A DNA stretch of 64,000 nucleotides from the NCBI GenBank assembly GCA_009392915.1, contig CP045477.1:1-64000 (forward strand). Direction: 5' to 3'. How positions within the stretch are numbered: position 1 is the stretch's first letter; each line of letters starts with the position of its first letter. Positions 38,463 through 48,915 of the stretch are shown here, piece by piece. The translations under genes were made by a program, and so were the position numbers. A model generated the notes under the pieces. That model was not told the DNA's origin, searched no databases, and saw nothing but the letters and a program-made list of their open reading frames with translations. Source of the DNA: Candidatus Forterrea multitransposorum CG_2015-17_Forterrea_25_41. GTDB taxonomy: Archaea; Iainarchaeota; Iainarchaeia; Iainarchaeales; CSSED10-239.

Positions 38463-39584
38463 ATGACTGAAAAAATGATTGTAAATCCATACCAAGTAGA
38501 AGGAGAAGTTGATTACCAAAGACTTGTAAAAGAATTTGGTCTTCAAGAAATAACTCCTGAAATTTTAGAAAAAATAAAACAAATAACTAAAGGTCTTCAT
38601 CCAATGTTAAAGAGAAAAATCTTTTTTGCACATAGAGACCTTAACTGGGTGTTAGATGAATATCTAAAAGGAAATAAATTTTTTCTATATACAGGTTGTG
38701 GTCCATCAGGTCCAATCCATCTAGGGCATGCATTAGTATGGTATTTTACAAAATACTTACAAGATACTTTTGATGTTGAATTATATTTTCAGTTTACAGA
38801 TGATGAAAAATTTTTATACAAAGATAAACCTTATGAAGAAATACAAAAATGGGTCTATGAAAACATGCTTGATGTTATAGCTATAGGTTTTGACCCTAAA
38901 AAAACATTTTTCATAGTAGACACAAAGCATGCTGGTCTTCTTTACCCAGAGGCAATAAAGGTTGCAAAGAAATTAACTTTTTCAACAGTTAAATCTTCTT
39001 TTGGTTTTACAGATAGCAATAATGTTGGATCTATTTTTTATACCTCTATGCAAGCAGTTCCTTCTTTTTTGCCATCAGTTTTAAAAAAGAAAAACATTCC
39101 TTGCCTTATTCCTCATGCAATAGATCAAGATAATCATTTTAGAATAACAAGAGATATTTTACCAAAGCTTGGTTTTTATAAACCTGCAAGCATACAATGT
39201 TCTTTTCTTCCTCCATTAACAGGAGCTTTTGGAAAAATGAGTAGTACTGGAGAAGCTAAAGGAATATTCATGACAGACTCTCCAAAAGAGATTAAAGATA
39301 AAATAAATAAATATGCCTTCTCTGGAGGACAACCAACTTTAGAAGAACATAGAGAAAAAGGTGGAAACACAGAGATTGACATTCCTTTCCAATATTTAAA
39401 ATATCTTTTCGAAGAGGATGATGAAAAATTAGCAGAGATTGAAAAAGATTATTCTTCTGGAAAGATGTTAACTGGAGAGATTAAAAAATATTTAATTGAT
39501 AAAATAACTGCTTTCCTTTTAGCTCATCAAGAAAGAAGAAAAGATGCTCACAAGAAAATAGATGATTTTCTTTTAAAGGTTTAA
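38463..39584 (+). CDS. trpS: Tryptophanyl-tRNA synthetase (archaeal/eukaryotic type)
   Basis: Class I HIGH-region GPSGPIHLGH and a KMSST (KMSKS-variant) motif. The start is reassigned to the internal ATG at 38463, because the longer ORF overlaps the tRNA. Confidence 0.75.
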   Translation: MTEKMIVNPYQVEGEVDYQRLVKEFGLQEITPEILEKIKQITKGLHPMLKRKIFFAHRDLNWVLDEYLKGNKFFLYTGCGPSGPIHLGHALVWYFTKYLQDTFDVELYFQFTDDEKFLYKDKPYEEIQKWVYENMLDVIAIGFDPKKTFFIVDTKHAGLLYPEAIKVAKKLTFSTVKSSFGFTDSNNVGSIFYTSMQAVPSFLPSVLKKKNIPCLIPHAIDQDNHFRITRDILPKLGFYKPASIQCSFLPPLTGAFGKMSSTGEAKGIFMTDSPKEIKDKINKYAFSGGQPTLEEHREKGGNTEIDIPFQYLKYLFEEDDEKLAEIEKDYSSGKMLTGEIKKYLIDKITAFLLAHQERRKDAHKKIDDFLLKV

Positions 39585-39596
39585 ATTAGGTGTTTT

Positions 39597-40364
39597 ATGA
39601 ATTTATTATTTTTAGGATTAGGTAATACAGGTATTTCTATTGCCGATAGATTATCTAAAAATAATAATATATTCTATTATGATGTAGTTAAAAAAAATGT
39701 AGCTTATAAGTATTTACCTTTAACAAAGTTAAAAAAATCTAATTTTGATTATATAATAGTTACACTTTCTTCAATTTCGATATTAAACCGACTTAAATTA
39801 TGCTCTAAATATAATACTACTTATGATTTAAGAAAATATGAGTTGGTTAAAAATAAAAATAGTTTGAAAAAAATTATAAATTACCTCCCTAATTCTAAGG
39901 TAATTGTAGTTTCTAATCCTGTGGATGATATTGTTACTTTTTTATCAAAAAATACTAATTTAGATGTAATTGGTTTTGGGATTTCTTTAGATGCTTTAAG
40001 ATATTCTAATTATTTTAAACAAAAAATTAATTGTATTGGTTTACATGGTTTTTCAGTTCCTTTAAAGGTATTAAAAAGTAAAACTCATTTTTTAAAAAGT
40101 TATTCGGCGGTTGATCTAAAATTATTTAACTCTTTTAAAGTTAATGGTATTAATTATGATCTAGTATCAAAAGAATTTGAATTATTTTTTAATAAACTTA
40201 ATTCAGATAAACAAAATACATTATATTTATCTAAATATATTTCAAAAGACATTCTAGGATTAGAAAATATATCTTTATCTCTCCCTTATTTTGTAAAAAA
40301 AGGAAAAGTAGTTGGTCTTAAACAAATAAAACTAACTAGTCTTGAAAAAAATCTATTAAAATAA
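39597..40364 (+). CDS. Lactate/malate dehydrogenase-like Rossmann protein (short, possibly degenerate)
   Basis: N-terminal GLGNTG Rossmann motif and a VSNPVD motif, but only 255 aa. Confidence 0.35.
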   Translation: MNLLFLGLGNTGISIADRLSKNNNIFYYDVVKKNVAYKYLPLTKLKKSNFDYIIVTLSSISILNRLKLCSKYNTTYDLRKYELVKNKNSLKKIINYLPNSKVIVVSNPVDDIVTFLSKNTNLDVIGFGISLDALRYSNYFKQKINCIGLHGFSVPLKVLKSKTHFLKSYSAVDLKLFNSFKVNGINYDLVSKEFELFFNKLNSDKQNTLYLSKYISKDILGLENISLSLPYFVKKGKVVGLKQIKLTSLEKNLLK

Positions 40365-40366
40365 AA

Positions 40367-40879
40367 TTATTTTCCTAATTTTCCAGGTCTTTCAAAGACA
40401 ATTGATTTATGAGCAGAAAATCTAGTTAAGTTCATTATTAAATCTGCAAGAAGTTTTGCATATATAGGTGGAAAGTTTAAAAATTCAACAAAACCAATAA
40501 CCATTATAAAAATAACAATTACTGCAGAAAAGTTAATTACATAATATCTTCCAAAAGCAAAAAGGTTTTTCTTAGAAAAAGCTTTTACATCATTTTTAAA
40601 AACAAATTTTTTATGAAGATTAAAATTTGTAAATGTTTTTACAAAATCAGAAATAAATGTAACCCATAAGTAATTATAAGCAAGTATATTATGTAAACCA
40701 AAAATCATTAATATATCTATTATTGTTCCTGCAAGACCTAAGACTGCATATTTTAAAAATCTCTTCATTCTATACATTAAAGGAAAAGAAATTAACCAAT
40801 AATATATTTGATATACAAAATTACTTTTTTTAATAGTAATTAATGAATGTGTGAATTTATCATTTTTATCTAAAGCCAT
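40367..40879 (-). CDS. GtrA-like small polytopic membrane protein
   Basis: Four predicted transmembrane helices; ~170 aa. Confidence 0.35.
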   Translation of the reverse strand: MALDKNDKFTHSLITIKKSNFVYQIYYWLISFPLMYRMKRFLKYAVLGLAGTIIDILMIFGLHNILAYNYLWVTFISDFVKTFTNFNLHKKFVFKNDVKAFSKKNLFAFGRYYVINFSAVIVIFIMVIGFVEFLNFPPIYAKLLADLIMNLTRFSAHKSIVFERPGKLGK

Positions 40880-41013
40880 ATTTTAAAAACTCTAATTAAC
40901 TATATTATATATTATTTATAACCCTTAAGTTTTAAAAAGAATAACTATTTATATCTTTTACATATATAATATATTGTTATGATTTTTTAATAACTATTAA
41001 ACTTTGATAAAAT

Positions 41014-44000
41014 ATGTCCGTAGAGAAATATAAAGCAACAAATGATAAAGATTTATTTGATGAAGTAGAATCTTCTAATAGAAAGTATGTTAATGAAGAT
41101 ACTATTAAAGATATTGAAGATAAATTAAAAAAATCAAGAGAAGAACATCCTTTAGAAGATGTTGAAAATTTTTCTGAAATTGATGATTCTGAAGATGATG
41201 ATTCTGAAGATGATGATAACTTAGATGAAGTTGATTTAGAAGAAAACTCTGAAGATGAAAATTCAGAAGATAATAATTCAGAAGATAATAATTCAGAAGA
41301 TAATAATTCAGAAGATAATAATTCAGAAGATAATAATTCAGAAGATAATAATTCAGAAGATAATAATTCTGAAGATAATGATATAGATGAAGCTGATTTA
41401 GAAGAAGACTCTGAAGATAATAATTTAGAAGAAGATAATGTTGAAAAAGACCTAAATGAAATTGATTCTAAAGAATCAGATTTAAAAGAAGATTTTACTA
41501 AAAACTCAAATATATCAAAAGAGATTACTAAAGATAAAGATATACCTGCTAAAAGTTCAGAAATTATAATTAAACCAGCACTTAAATTCTTAGAAGATTT
41601 ACAAGACCCTAATGTAGTTTATTTAGGTAGAAAAAAATCTGTTTTAAAACAATATGGAAAGATAGCTACAGCATATATAGGAAAAGTTGCTGAAAATCAA
41701 CAAGAAGGCAAACAAGTTAACATAGATGGTCTAAATCCACACGTTATTTTCTTAGATGGTGCTAGAGGAACAGGTAAGAGTTATCTTTTAGGGGTAATAG
41801 CAGAAGAGCTTGCAAGAACAAACCCATATATAGGGCAAATAGTAATTGATCCTGTAGGTGTTTTCTGGTCAATGAAATTTCCAAACAGAGATTCAAAAGA
41901 ATTAAAAATTTTAGAAGAATGGGGTTTAAAGGCAGAAGGTCTTAAAAACTTAAAAGTCTTTGTTCCAGAAGGTATAGTTTCTCAAGTTTCAAAAGATACT
42001 TATGATGACACTTTTTCAATGTTTCCTTCTCTTTTAACTCCAGAAGATTGGTGTTTAACTTTTGGTATTGAAAGATTTTCTCCATCAGGCTTACTTTTAG
42101 AAAAAACTTTAGAGTCTGTAAAGAAAGGATATGTTACAGGTGGAACAAAAGATGTTCCTGATGTTAAAAAAATATCAGCAAAAGGAAATCATTTTACTTT
42201 AGAAGATATTATTAACTGTCTTCAAAACAATTCTGAATTTCAATCTTCTCAAAAAGGTTATAAACCAGATTCTATAAGAGCTTTAGTTTCAAGATTTGAA
42301 GCTGCAAGATCTTGGGGTATATTTTCAGATTCTGGAACTCCTCTTTCAAAACTTTCAAGAGAAAATCAATTAACTGTGCTTGATACTTCTTTTTTAGATG
42401 AAAATATTACTGCTTTAGTTATTGGTATTTTAGCTAGAAGAATTCTTTCTGCAAGAAAACTTCTTGCAAGACAAGAAGCTGTTAAAAAATATGGTGATTC
42501 AACACAAAAAGCAGAAGAACTTTTAGAAATTGAAATTCCTCCAACATGGATGTATATTGATGAAGCACACACTTTAATTCCTTCTGGAAATTCTCAAACA
42601 CCAGCAACTGCAGGAATTATAGAGTATGTTAAGCAAGGAAGAAGACCTGGTTGTTCTTTAGTTTTTGCAACACAACAGCCTTCTGCAATAAACACTAAAG
42701 TTTTATCACAAGTTGATATATTAATCTCAAATAAATTAGTTTTTAATGATGATATTTCTGCAATTCAAAAAAGAATGCCTGCAATAATACCAAAGCAATA
42801 TAAAGAACCAAATTTTATAAAGACTTTGCCTTTTGCAACTGCTCTTGTAGGAGATAGATCAGAAGAAACTTCTAGAGCTTTTATTTTAAGAGCAGCACCA
42901 AGAAGATCTCAACATGAAGGTCGTGATGCAGAAACAATTAGAGAGATTCCTAAAAAAAATAAATCTGAAGTTTTAGAAATTGCTTTTAAAATGGTTTATG
43001 AAAAATTAGAAAAAACAAAAGAAATTAAAGTGTCTTTTGCAAAAGATATTTTAGATGTTATTAATATTAAATATAGAGGAACTGTTGAATATGATGAACT
43101 TTTAGAAAAACTTTTAGAAAAAAATGTTTTACTTAAAGAAGATCTTCTATATCTTAATGAAAATTTTTTCAAAGAATATAATCAAGAAGAAAAATTAGTT
43201 TCTAATGATTCCGAAAATACTGATGAAATAAATTCTTTAGATGAAAATGAGCTTGAAAATATTGAAGAAAATTTAGAACATGTTAAAAGTAGTGTTTCAA
43301 AAGTAAAAGTAAGAAATACTATTGCAGAAAGAATTTCAAAAGCAAATATTGAAGAAATTGCAAATCAAAATATTAAAAAATCTTTATTATTTAAACCAAA
43401 AGAAGAAATTTTAAATATTGTTTTAAAATATAGAACAATTTATAAAATAAGTTATAATGTTTATGATTCACAAGATTCTTTTAAGACAAATACTTGTTTT
43501 GTGGATTCTGTAACTGGTGAGTTTATACATTTTTTAAATGGAGAGTTTAAGATTTCTTCTGGTTTAAATGTTTTAGATAAAATTAATGAAGATTATTTAG
43601 AGATTCTTTATCTTTTAAATAAACAACATACTTTGTTTTCTTTAAATCAAGAAACAGATATTGAAGAAAAAGATTTAATTGAAATGATTGATTCTTTTAA
43701 AGAATTAAATTTAATTACTGTTAAAAATAATTCTGGTATAGATGTTTATAAAATAGATTCAAAAGCTTTTGATATTCCTTTTAACCCGACTATTAAAGTT
43801 CTTTCATCTTTAGATGTTTTACCTTTAAAAAAACAAGATGTTGAGTTTTTAGAATCAATAAACTATTCTTTAAATGTTATTCAAGATAATTTAAAGAAAT
43901 TATGGGGTGAAATTGAATTTACTTCTCTTCAAGAAATCTATTGGCCAATTTGGCAAATTACTTATAATAATAAAGAAGGAAATAGAGTTTTAAAAGTAGA

Positions 44001-44025
44001 TGCTGTAACAGGCAAAAAAATGTGA
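41014..44025 (+). CDS. Large HerA/FtsK-superfamily ATPase with an acidic repetitive N-terminus and a long C-terminal extension
   Basis: Walker A GARGTGKSY, Walker B MYIDEAHTL, and ATQQPSAINTKVLSQVDILISN mirroring the HerA motif. The N-terminus has (SEDNN)n repeats. 1003 aa. Confidence 0.6.
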   Translation: MSVEKYKATNDKDLFDEVESSNRKYVNEDTIKDIEDKLKKSREEHPLEDVENFSEIDDSEDDDSEDDDNLDEVDLEENSEDENSEDNNSEDNNSEDNNSEDNNSEDNNSEDNNSEDNNSEDNDIDEADLEEDSEDNNLEEDNVEKDLNEIDSKESDLKEDFTKNSNISKEITKDKDIPAKSSEIIIKPALKFLEDLQDPNVVYLGRKKSVLKQYGKIATAYIGKVAENQQEGKQVNIDGLNPHVIFLDGARGTGKSYLLGVIAEELARTNPYIGQIVIDPVGVFWSMKFPNRDSKELKILEEWGLKAEGLKNLKVFVPEGIVSQVSKDTYDDTFSMFPSLLTPEDWCLTFGIERFSPSGLLLEKTLESVKKGYVTGGTKDVPDVKKISAKGNHFTLEDIINCLQNNSEFQSSQKGYKPDSIRALVSRFEAARSWGIFSDSGTPLSKLSRENQLTVLDTSFLDENITALVIGILARRILSARKLLARQEAVKKYGDSTQKAEELLEIEIPPTWMYIDEAHTLIPSGNSQTPATAGIIEYVKQGRRPGCSLVFATQQPSAINTKVLSQVDILISNKLVFNDDISAIQKRMPAIIPKQYKEPNFIKTLPFATALVGDRSEETSRAFILRAAPRRSQHEGRDAETIREIPKKNKSEVLEIAFKMVYEKLEKTKEIKVSFAKDILDVINIKYRGTVEYDELLEKLLEKNVLLKEDLLYLNENFFKEYNQEEKLVSNDSENTDEINSLDENELENIEENLEHVKSSVSKVKVRNTIAERISKANIEEIANQNIKKSLLFKPKEEILNIVLKYRTIYKISYNVYDSQDSFKTNTCFVDSVTGEFIHFLNGEFKISSGLNVLDKINEDYLEILYLLNKQHTLFSLNQETDIEEKDLIEMIDSFKELNLITVKNNSGIDVYKIDSKAFDIPFNPTIKVLSSLDVLPLKKQDVEFLESINYSLNVIQDNLKKLWGEIEFTSLQEIYWPIWQITYNNKEGNRVLKVDAVTGKKM
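41251..41372 (+). repeat. 15-bp coding tandem repeat (about 7-8 copies of gaagataataattca)
   Basis: Directly visible; encodes the SEDNN repeats in the N-terminus of the large ATPase. Confidence 0.85.
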
Positions 44026-44031
44026 TAAAGT

Positions 44032-44328
44032 ATGGTTTTAACTGAAAAAGATTTTATACAAGATACATGTAAAGCAACACCAGGATTTGAATATTATCCA
44101 AAGAAGTTCTTAGAATTAAATGTTTCAAAATTACTCCCTATATTAAAAGAAAATGATTTTTATATATCTAAAGATAATTCTCCTTTTTATCTGCATGTAA
44201 AAAAAAAAGAATTAGAAGCATCTATTTTTTCATCAGCTAAGATAATTATTAAGAATACTACTGTTGAAGAAGATGCTAGTTTATTTTTACTTGATATTTT
44301 AGTTTGTTTAAATAAAGTTATGGAATAA
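44032..44328 (+). CDS. Hypothetical small protein
   Basis: 98-aa ORF tightly following the large ATPase. Confidence 0.25.
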   Translation: MVLTEKDFIQDTCKATPGFEYYPKKFLELNVSKLLPILKENDFYISKDNSPFYLHVKKKELEASIFSSAKIIIKNTTVEEDASLFLLDILVCLNKVME

Positions 44329-45328
44329 TTTTTTTTAAAATTTTTTCCATTCTTTCAATAACTTCTCTTTTTTCTTTTTTTTCAATATATTTTTTATGTC
44401 TTTTAATTATTTCTTTTCTAGCAGCTTCTTTAATTTTCTCTTCATTTATAATTGAGCTTTTAACTGTATTTATGCCCATATCTGTAGGAGATTTATACTC
44501 GTGCATTTTATTTTTTTTTGAAATAATTTTGTTAATTATTTTTTTTAAAATTTTAAAATTTTCAATATCTCTATTATAGTTAATAGCTGTAATTCCATAT
44601 GCTTTTTTATGATAAGGGTCAATAATATTTTTATCTCCAATATCTGCTGTTGCAGCTTCATATGCAAGATTAATAGGATGATTTAAAGGAAGATTAAATA
44701 CTGGGAAAGTTTCAGATTTAAAATATCCTGAATTAATTTTATTTTTTGAATCTAAAAATATTTGTGCTAAACAAATCCCCATTTTTCCTGAATTTGCAAC
44801 TGCACCAATTACAACATTTATTTTTTTATTTGTTTGGATATATGGTTGTTCAATAAATCCTTTTTGTCCTAATATTTCATCTAAATCATTTGGATAGTCT
44901 TTAATTGTTTTTGAGAAATAAACTTTTATGTTTTTCTTTTTCATTTCTTTTTCTAAAACTTTTCCTGAATTTTCATTTTTATATCTTGTTATTACTATAT
45001 CAATTTTTTCAAATTTTTTATGCAATTTTTCAATTTCTTCTAATACTAATTTTCTAAATTCTAGATTACTATTATAATCTCTTCCATTTTCTAGATGTTT
45101 TGAATAAATACAATATATTATTCCTACATCTTTTTTTATTTTTTCAAGAATCTTTACTTTTGTATCTTTTTTATAATCTATTAATACTCTATTTGCATGA
45201 TAGTCTCTTAAAAGATGTCCTCCAAACTCAATATAGACTTTATCAAAGTTTTTAATTCTTTTTTTAATTTCATTTACTTGTAATTGAATATATTTATCTT
45301 CATCAAATGCTATTTTCTTTGTAATCAT
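44318..45328 (-). CDS. Hypothetical protein
   Basis: 336-aa ORF, lysine-rich, with no recognised motif. Confidence 0.3.
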   Translation of the reverse strand: MITKKIAFDEDKYIQLQVNEIKKRIKNFDKVYIEFGGHLLRDYHANRVLIDYKKDTKVKILEKIKKDVGIIYCIYSKHLENGRDYNSNLEFRKLVLEEIEKLHKKFEKIDIVITRYKNENSGKVLEKEMKKKNIKVYFSKTIKDYPNDLDEILGQKGFIEQPYIQTNKKINVVIGAVANSGKMGICLAQIFLDSKNKINSGYFKSETFPVFNLPLNHPINLAYEAATADIGDKNIIDPYHKKAYGITAINYNRDIENFKILKKIINKIISKKNKMHEYKSPTDMGINTVKSSIINEEKIKEAARKEIIKRHKKYIEKKEKREVIERMEKILKKIIP

Positions 45329-45398
45329 AATTATTTTTTCCTATATCTTTAATATACGATATTACTATCAAAGAGATTATAAATATTTATCTTTATAA

Positions 45399-47465
45399 AT
45401 GTTTTGGTTTTCTTTTTTATATATGTATCTTAATAAAAATGCTATTTCTCCATTAATAGCAAGCATTTTAATTATTGTTGTAGTTGTTGCAGTTATTGGT
45501 GTGATTCTATTATGGGGTAAAAACTTTACAAATGAAAGTTTAACTTCCACTTATACTTTTTCACAAGATAAAACTGTTTCTGATTTTGTTTGGCAAGATG
45601 ATATTACTGGTAAAAATCTTTTTATAAAAAACACACATATATCATTAAGTAAAACTATTATTGGTTATAAAATAAACAGTTCCTTAGATTATGCTTATCT
45701 TAATAAATATCATTATCTTGATGAATCTTTTTTATTATCTAAAAATTCCATTGCTCAATTAACTTTAGGTTGTGTTCCAGAAAAGAATTTTTCAATTGAA
45801 CTTTTAACAGACTCTAATGAATATATTTCTTTTCCTGTCACTTCTAAGTTTTTTGATCCTTCAGAATGTACTTTTTCTTTTTCAATAACTTCTCCTTTGG
45901 AAAATTCAATCAATGCTTTAAATTCTAGTATTTCATTTACTTCTGAAATTTTAAATTCTTCAGGTACTCCTTCTTGTACTTGGATTTCTTCAATTGATGG
46001 TACTTTTTCAACATCTTGTGATGCAACTTATTCTTCTTTATCTTCTGGTTCTCATGATATTAATTTAGTTGTTGAAGATTCTGGTGATATTTTAACACAA
46101 TCAACTTCAATTATTGTAAAAGATTCTTTAGAAAGTATTATTTCTACTCCTTCAAATTCATCAAATCATTTATTTAGTGATACAATTTCATTTAGTGGTA
46201 CTGCAGATAATAATTTTGGTTCTCACACTTGTTCTTGGACTTCTTCTTTAGATGGTTCTCTTTCAAGTGATTGTAGTTTTAGTTCTAGTTTATCTCCAGG
46301 CACACATACTATTACTTTACAAGTAACTGATTCTCTTGAAACAGCATCTTCAAATATTTCTATAGATGTTTATGCTTTATTAGTTGCTTCTGTTTCTCTT
46401 CCTGCTAATAATTCTACAAAATCTTTAGGAAGTCCTATCTCTTTTTCATCAAGCATTTCTGGAGGCGATGGATCTTATTCTTGTAGTTGGACAGATAATG
46501 GTTCTCCTTTAAGTTCTAGTTGTTCATTTAGTCATACTTATCCACAAGGAAGTTGGTCTGAATATCAAGATATGCCTCAAGGTAGAGATTATCATGATTG
46601 TGTAGGTGTTGGTGATAAACTATATTGTTTTGGAGGAGATGATTCTACTTATAATGTAGAAAGAACTACTCAAATTTATAATTCTACAACAAATACTTGG
46701 TCTTTAGGTGCAAATATGCCTGCAGATAGAGAGCTTCCAGCATGTAGTTATTATAATGGAATAATTTATTGTATAGGAGGATTTAATAGTTCTTGGGATT
46801 ATGTTAATTCAAATTATGCTTATAATATTTCTACAAATTCTTGGTCTAGTAAAACTTCTATGCCAACAGTAAGAGCTGAACATGATTGTACTGCCTTAGA
46901 TGGAAAAATTTATTGTTTTGGTGGAAATAAAGATGGTGGAGGTGCAAGTAATCTTCTTGAAATATATAATATTTCAACAAATTCTTGGTCAACAGGTACA
47001 AGTTCACCTTCAGGAAAAGCAAATCATAATTGTGAGGGTTTAAATAATAAGGTTTATTGTATTGGTGGTACAACTACTACTTTAATATATGATGTTTTAT
47101 CTGATTCATGGTCTACAGGTACAACTATCTCAACATCAAAATCATCTGGAGCTTCTGATTTATATGGTACTAAAATTTATTATGGAGGAGGTTCTTCTGC
47201 TGCACTTTTAGTTTACGATACTGTTTTAAATAGTTGGTCAACTCTTGCTAGTTTACCTTATTCTAACAGATCTTATATAGGTTGTGGAATTGCAGATAAT
47301 ACTTTTTATTGTGCAGGAGGAGATTCAAGTCAAGGTAGAGAAACATACATGGATAAATTACATGGATATTCTATAGGTGCTACAGGAACACATGAAATTG
47401 AATTAAATGTAAGTGATGGTTATGGTCAAACTGCTTCTAATACAATAAATATTAATGTTCAATAG
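45399..47465 (+). CDS. Secreted pilin-like surface protein with Cys-containing repeats and a C-terminal Kelch-repeat beta-propeller
   Basis: N-terminal class III signal/pilin-like segment NKNAISPLIASILIIVVVVAVIGVILLWG, which shares the AISPLIA...IVV segment with the DGR target. Repeated SC(S/T)WTSS.DGS blocks, and about 6 Kelch-like repeats (YCFGG / YCIGG). Confidence 0.55.
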   Translation: MFWFSFLYMYLNKNAISPLIASILIIVVVVAVIGVILLWGKNFTNESLTSTYTFSQDKTVSDFVWQDDITGKNLFIKNTHISLSKTIIGYKINSSLDYAYLNKYHYLDESFLLSKNSIAQLTLGCVPEKNFSIELLTDSNEYISFPVTSKFFDPSECTFSFSITSPLENSINALNSSISFTSEILNSSGTPSCTWISSIDGTFSTSCDATYSSLSSGSHDINLVVEDSGDILTQSTSIIVKDSLESIISTPSNSSNHLFSDTISFSGTADNNFGSHTCSWTSSLDGSLSSDCSFSSSLSPGTHTITLQVTDSLETASSNISIDVYALLVASVSLPANNSTKSLGSPISFSSSISGGDGSYSCSWTDNGSPLSSSCSFSHTYPQGSWSEYQDMPQGRDYHDCVGVGDKLYCFGGDDSTYNVERTTQIYNSTTNTWSLGANMPADRELPACSYYNGIIYCIGGFNSSWDYVNSNYAYNISTNSWSSKTSMPTVRAEHDCTALDGKIYCFGGNKDGGGASNLLEIYNISTNSWSTGTSSPSGKANHNCEGLNNKVYCIGGTTTTLIYDVLSDSWSTGTTISTSKSSGASDLYGTKIYYGGGSSAALLVYDTVLNSWSTLASLPYSNRSYIGCGIADNTFYCAGGDSSQGRETYMDKLHGYSIGATGTHEIELNVSDGYGQTASNTININVQ

Positions 47466-47517
47466 ACTTTATATAAAATAAATATGTTTTTAAACATTAA
47501 CTCTATATAATTATATA

Positions 47518-48375
47518 ATGAACTATAAAATTATATTTTTATTTTTAACATTAATTATATTAACTCCAGGGATTTTTTCTCATGTTAATTTATCAGTAGA
47601 TCCTTCTGTTTCAAATAATACTGTTTATTTATCAAAAAATATTTCAAAAGATGTTTTATTTAATTATACTTCAAATTATTCTTCAACAATTAATAATACT
47701 TATAGAGCTGAATATGATTTAAAAATATATTCTCAAGAACTAAAAGAAATAGATTTATCTTTATCAAAAACAGAAGAATATTTTGTTTCAGATGTCTTTT
47801 CATCTTTTGCTTTAAATATAAGAAGTTTAAATTATATTGATCAAACAATTAATTTAAGAATAAAAGTTTCAGTCTATGATTCTTTAAATAATTTGGTTGA
47901 TAGTGATTATTTATTTTTAAAAATAATTTCAAATAATTCTGAATATGAATTTTCAGAGTCTCCAATAAATAAAGTTCCAGAATATAAAGGTTATTCTTTA
48001 TCTAGAGATAAGATGATACTTTTAAATTATTTAGATAAAGATAAGATTTCAATTAAAAATCATGTAGATTATTCTTTTGTATATGATGTTAATTGTACTT
48101 CAAATAGTAAAGATCTTTCTTTAGATTTAAGATATGATGGAGATAATAAACATATTTTAGAAGTTTCAATAGCTAATAATTCTGTTCAAGAAGATTTATT
48201 TTATATATCTTGTTATGCTTTTAATAAAGATGATATTAAAGACATTAGAACAATTACTGTTAATTATTTAAATCAAGATATTAATGTTAGTGATGAAACT
48301 ATTATTGAAGAAGAAGTTATAGAAGATAACAAAATTAAAACTTTTTTTAAAAATATTTTTGAAAAATTAAAATAA
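47518..48375 (+). CDS. Secreted hypothetical protein
   Basis: N-terminal signal peptide/transmembrane helix; S/N-rich. Confidence 0.3.
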   Translation: MNYKIIFLFLTLIILTPGIFSHVNLSVDPSVSNNTVYLSKNISKDVLFNYTSNYSSTINNTYRAEYDLKIYSQELKEIDLSLSKTEEYFVSDVFSSFALNIRSLNYIDQTINLRIKVSVYDSLNNLVDSDYLFLKIISNNSEYEFSESPINKVPEYKGYSLSRDKMILLNYLDKDKISIKNHVDYSFVYDVNCTSNSKDLSLDLRYDGDNKHILEVSIANNSVQEDLFYISCYAFNKDDIKDIRTITVNYLNQDINVSDETIIEEEVIEDNKIKTFFKNIFEKLK

Positions 48376-48383
48376 GTTTATTT

Positions 48384-48812
48384 CTAAAAACTATCTGCAA
48401 GTAAGTGTACTACAACTCCTAAAAAACCTGCAAAGAAATAAACTGGATCTAAAAAAAGTAAAGGACTTGCTGTTAATATTCCAAAAGTAAAAGAATGAAG
48501 TGGCCCTCTATGTTTAATGACAGTTAAAATAATTTCTAATAATAAAAGTATCCCTGCAATAATTAAAGCTGTTTGATCATTATTAATAATACTTATTCCT
48601 GTAAAAAATATTAATAAAAGAATAATTATTTTATCTAATTGTTTTCTTATCCATGAATTATTTTTATCAATATCTGGAAGAAGTGTGTATACTATGAATA
48701 TAAAGTATGCAATTAATATTTTTTCAATCTCAAGTTCCATTAAGTTTGAGATTACAACATATACAAAAGTAAATATAAATGTTGCAAATAGAACATGCCC
48801 TAATTTATTCAT
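48384..48812 (-). CDS. Hypothetical polytopic membrane protein
   Basis: Four hydrophobic helices. Confidence 0.3.
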   Translation of the reverse strand: MNKLGHVLFATFIFTFVYVVISNLMELEIEKILIAYFIFIVYTLLPDIDKNNSWIRKQLDKIIILLLIFFTGISIINNDQTALIIAGILLLLEIILTVIKHRGPLHSFTFGILTASPLLFLDPVYFFAGFLGVVVHLLADSF

Positions 48813-48915
48813 TTCTAAAAAATCCTTTTTTTCTTATAATATATATACTATAGATTTATTTATAAATTCTTATCTTCTTTAATATATATTAAATATATTT
48901 TAAAATAGACTAAAA

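Noticed and set aside
41251-41372. 15-bp tandem repeat considered as a possible CRISPR or minisatellite
   Set aside because: Identical units with no spacers, in-frame inside a large ORF encoding SEDNN repeats. It is a coding repeat, not a CRISPR.
45399-47465. Possibility that the Kelch surface protein is a second DGR target
   Set aside because: No GC-rich VR-like segment or TR similarity is visible at its 3' end. It shares only the N-terminal pilin-like region with the target.
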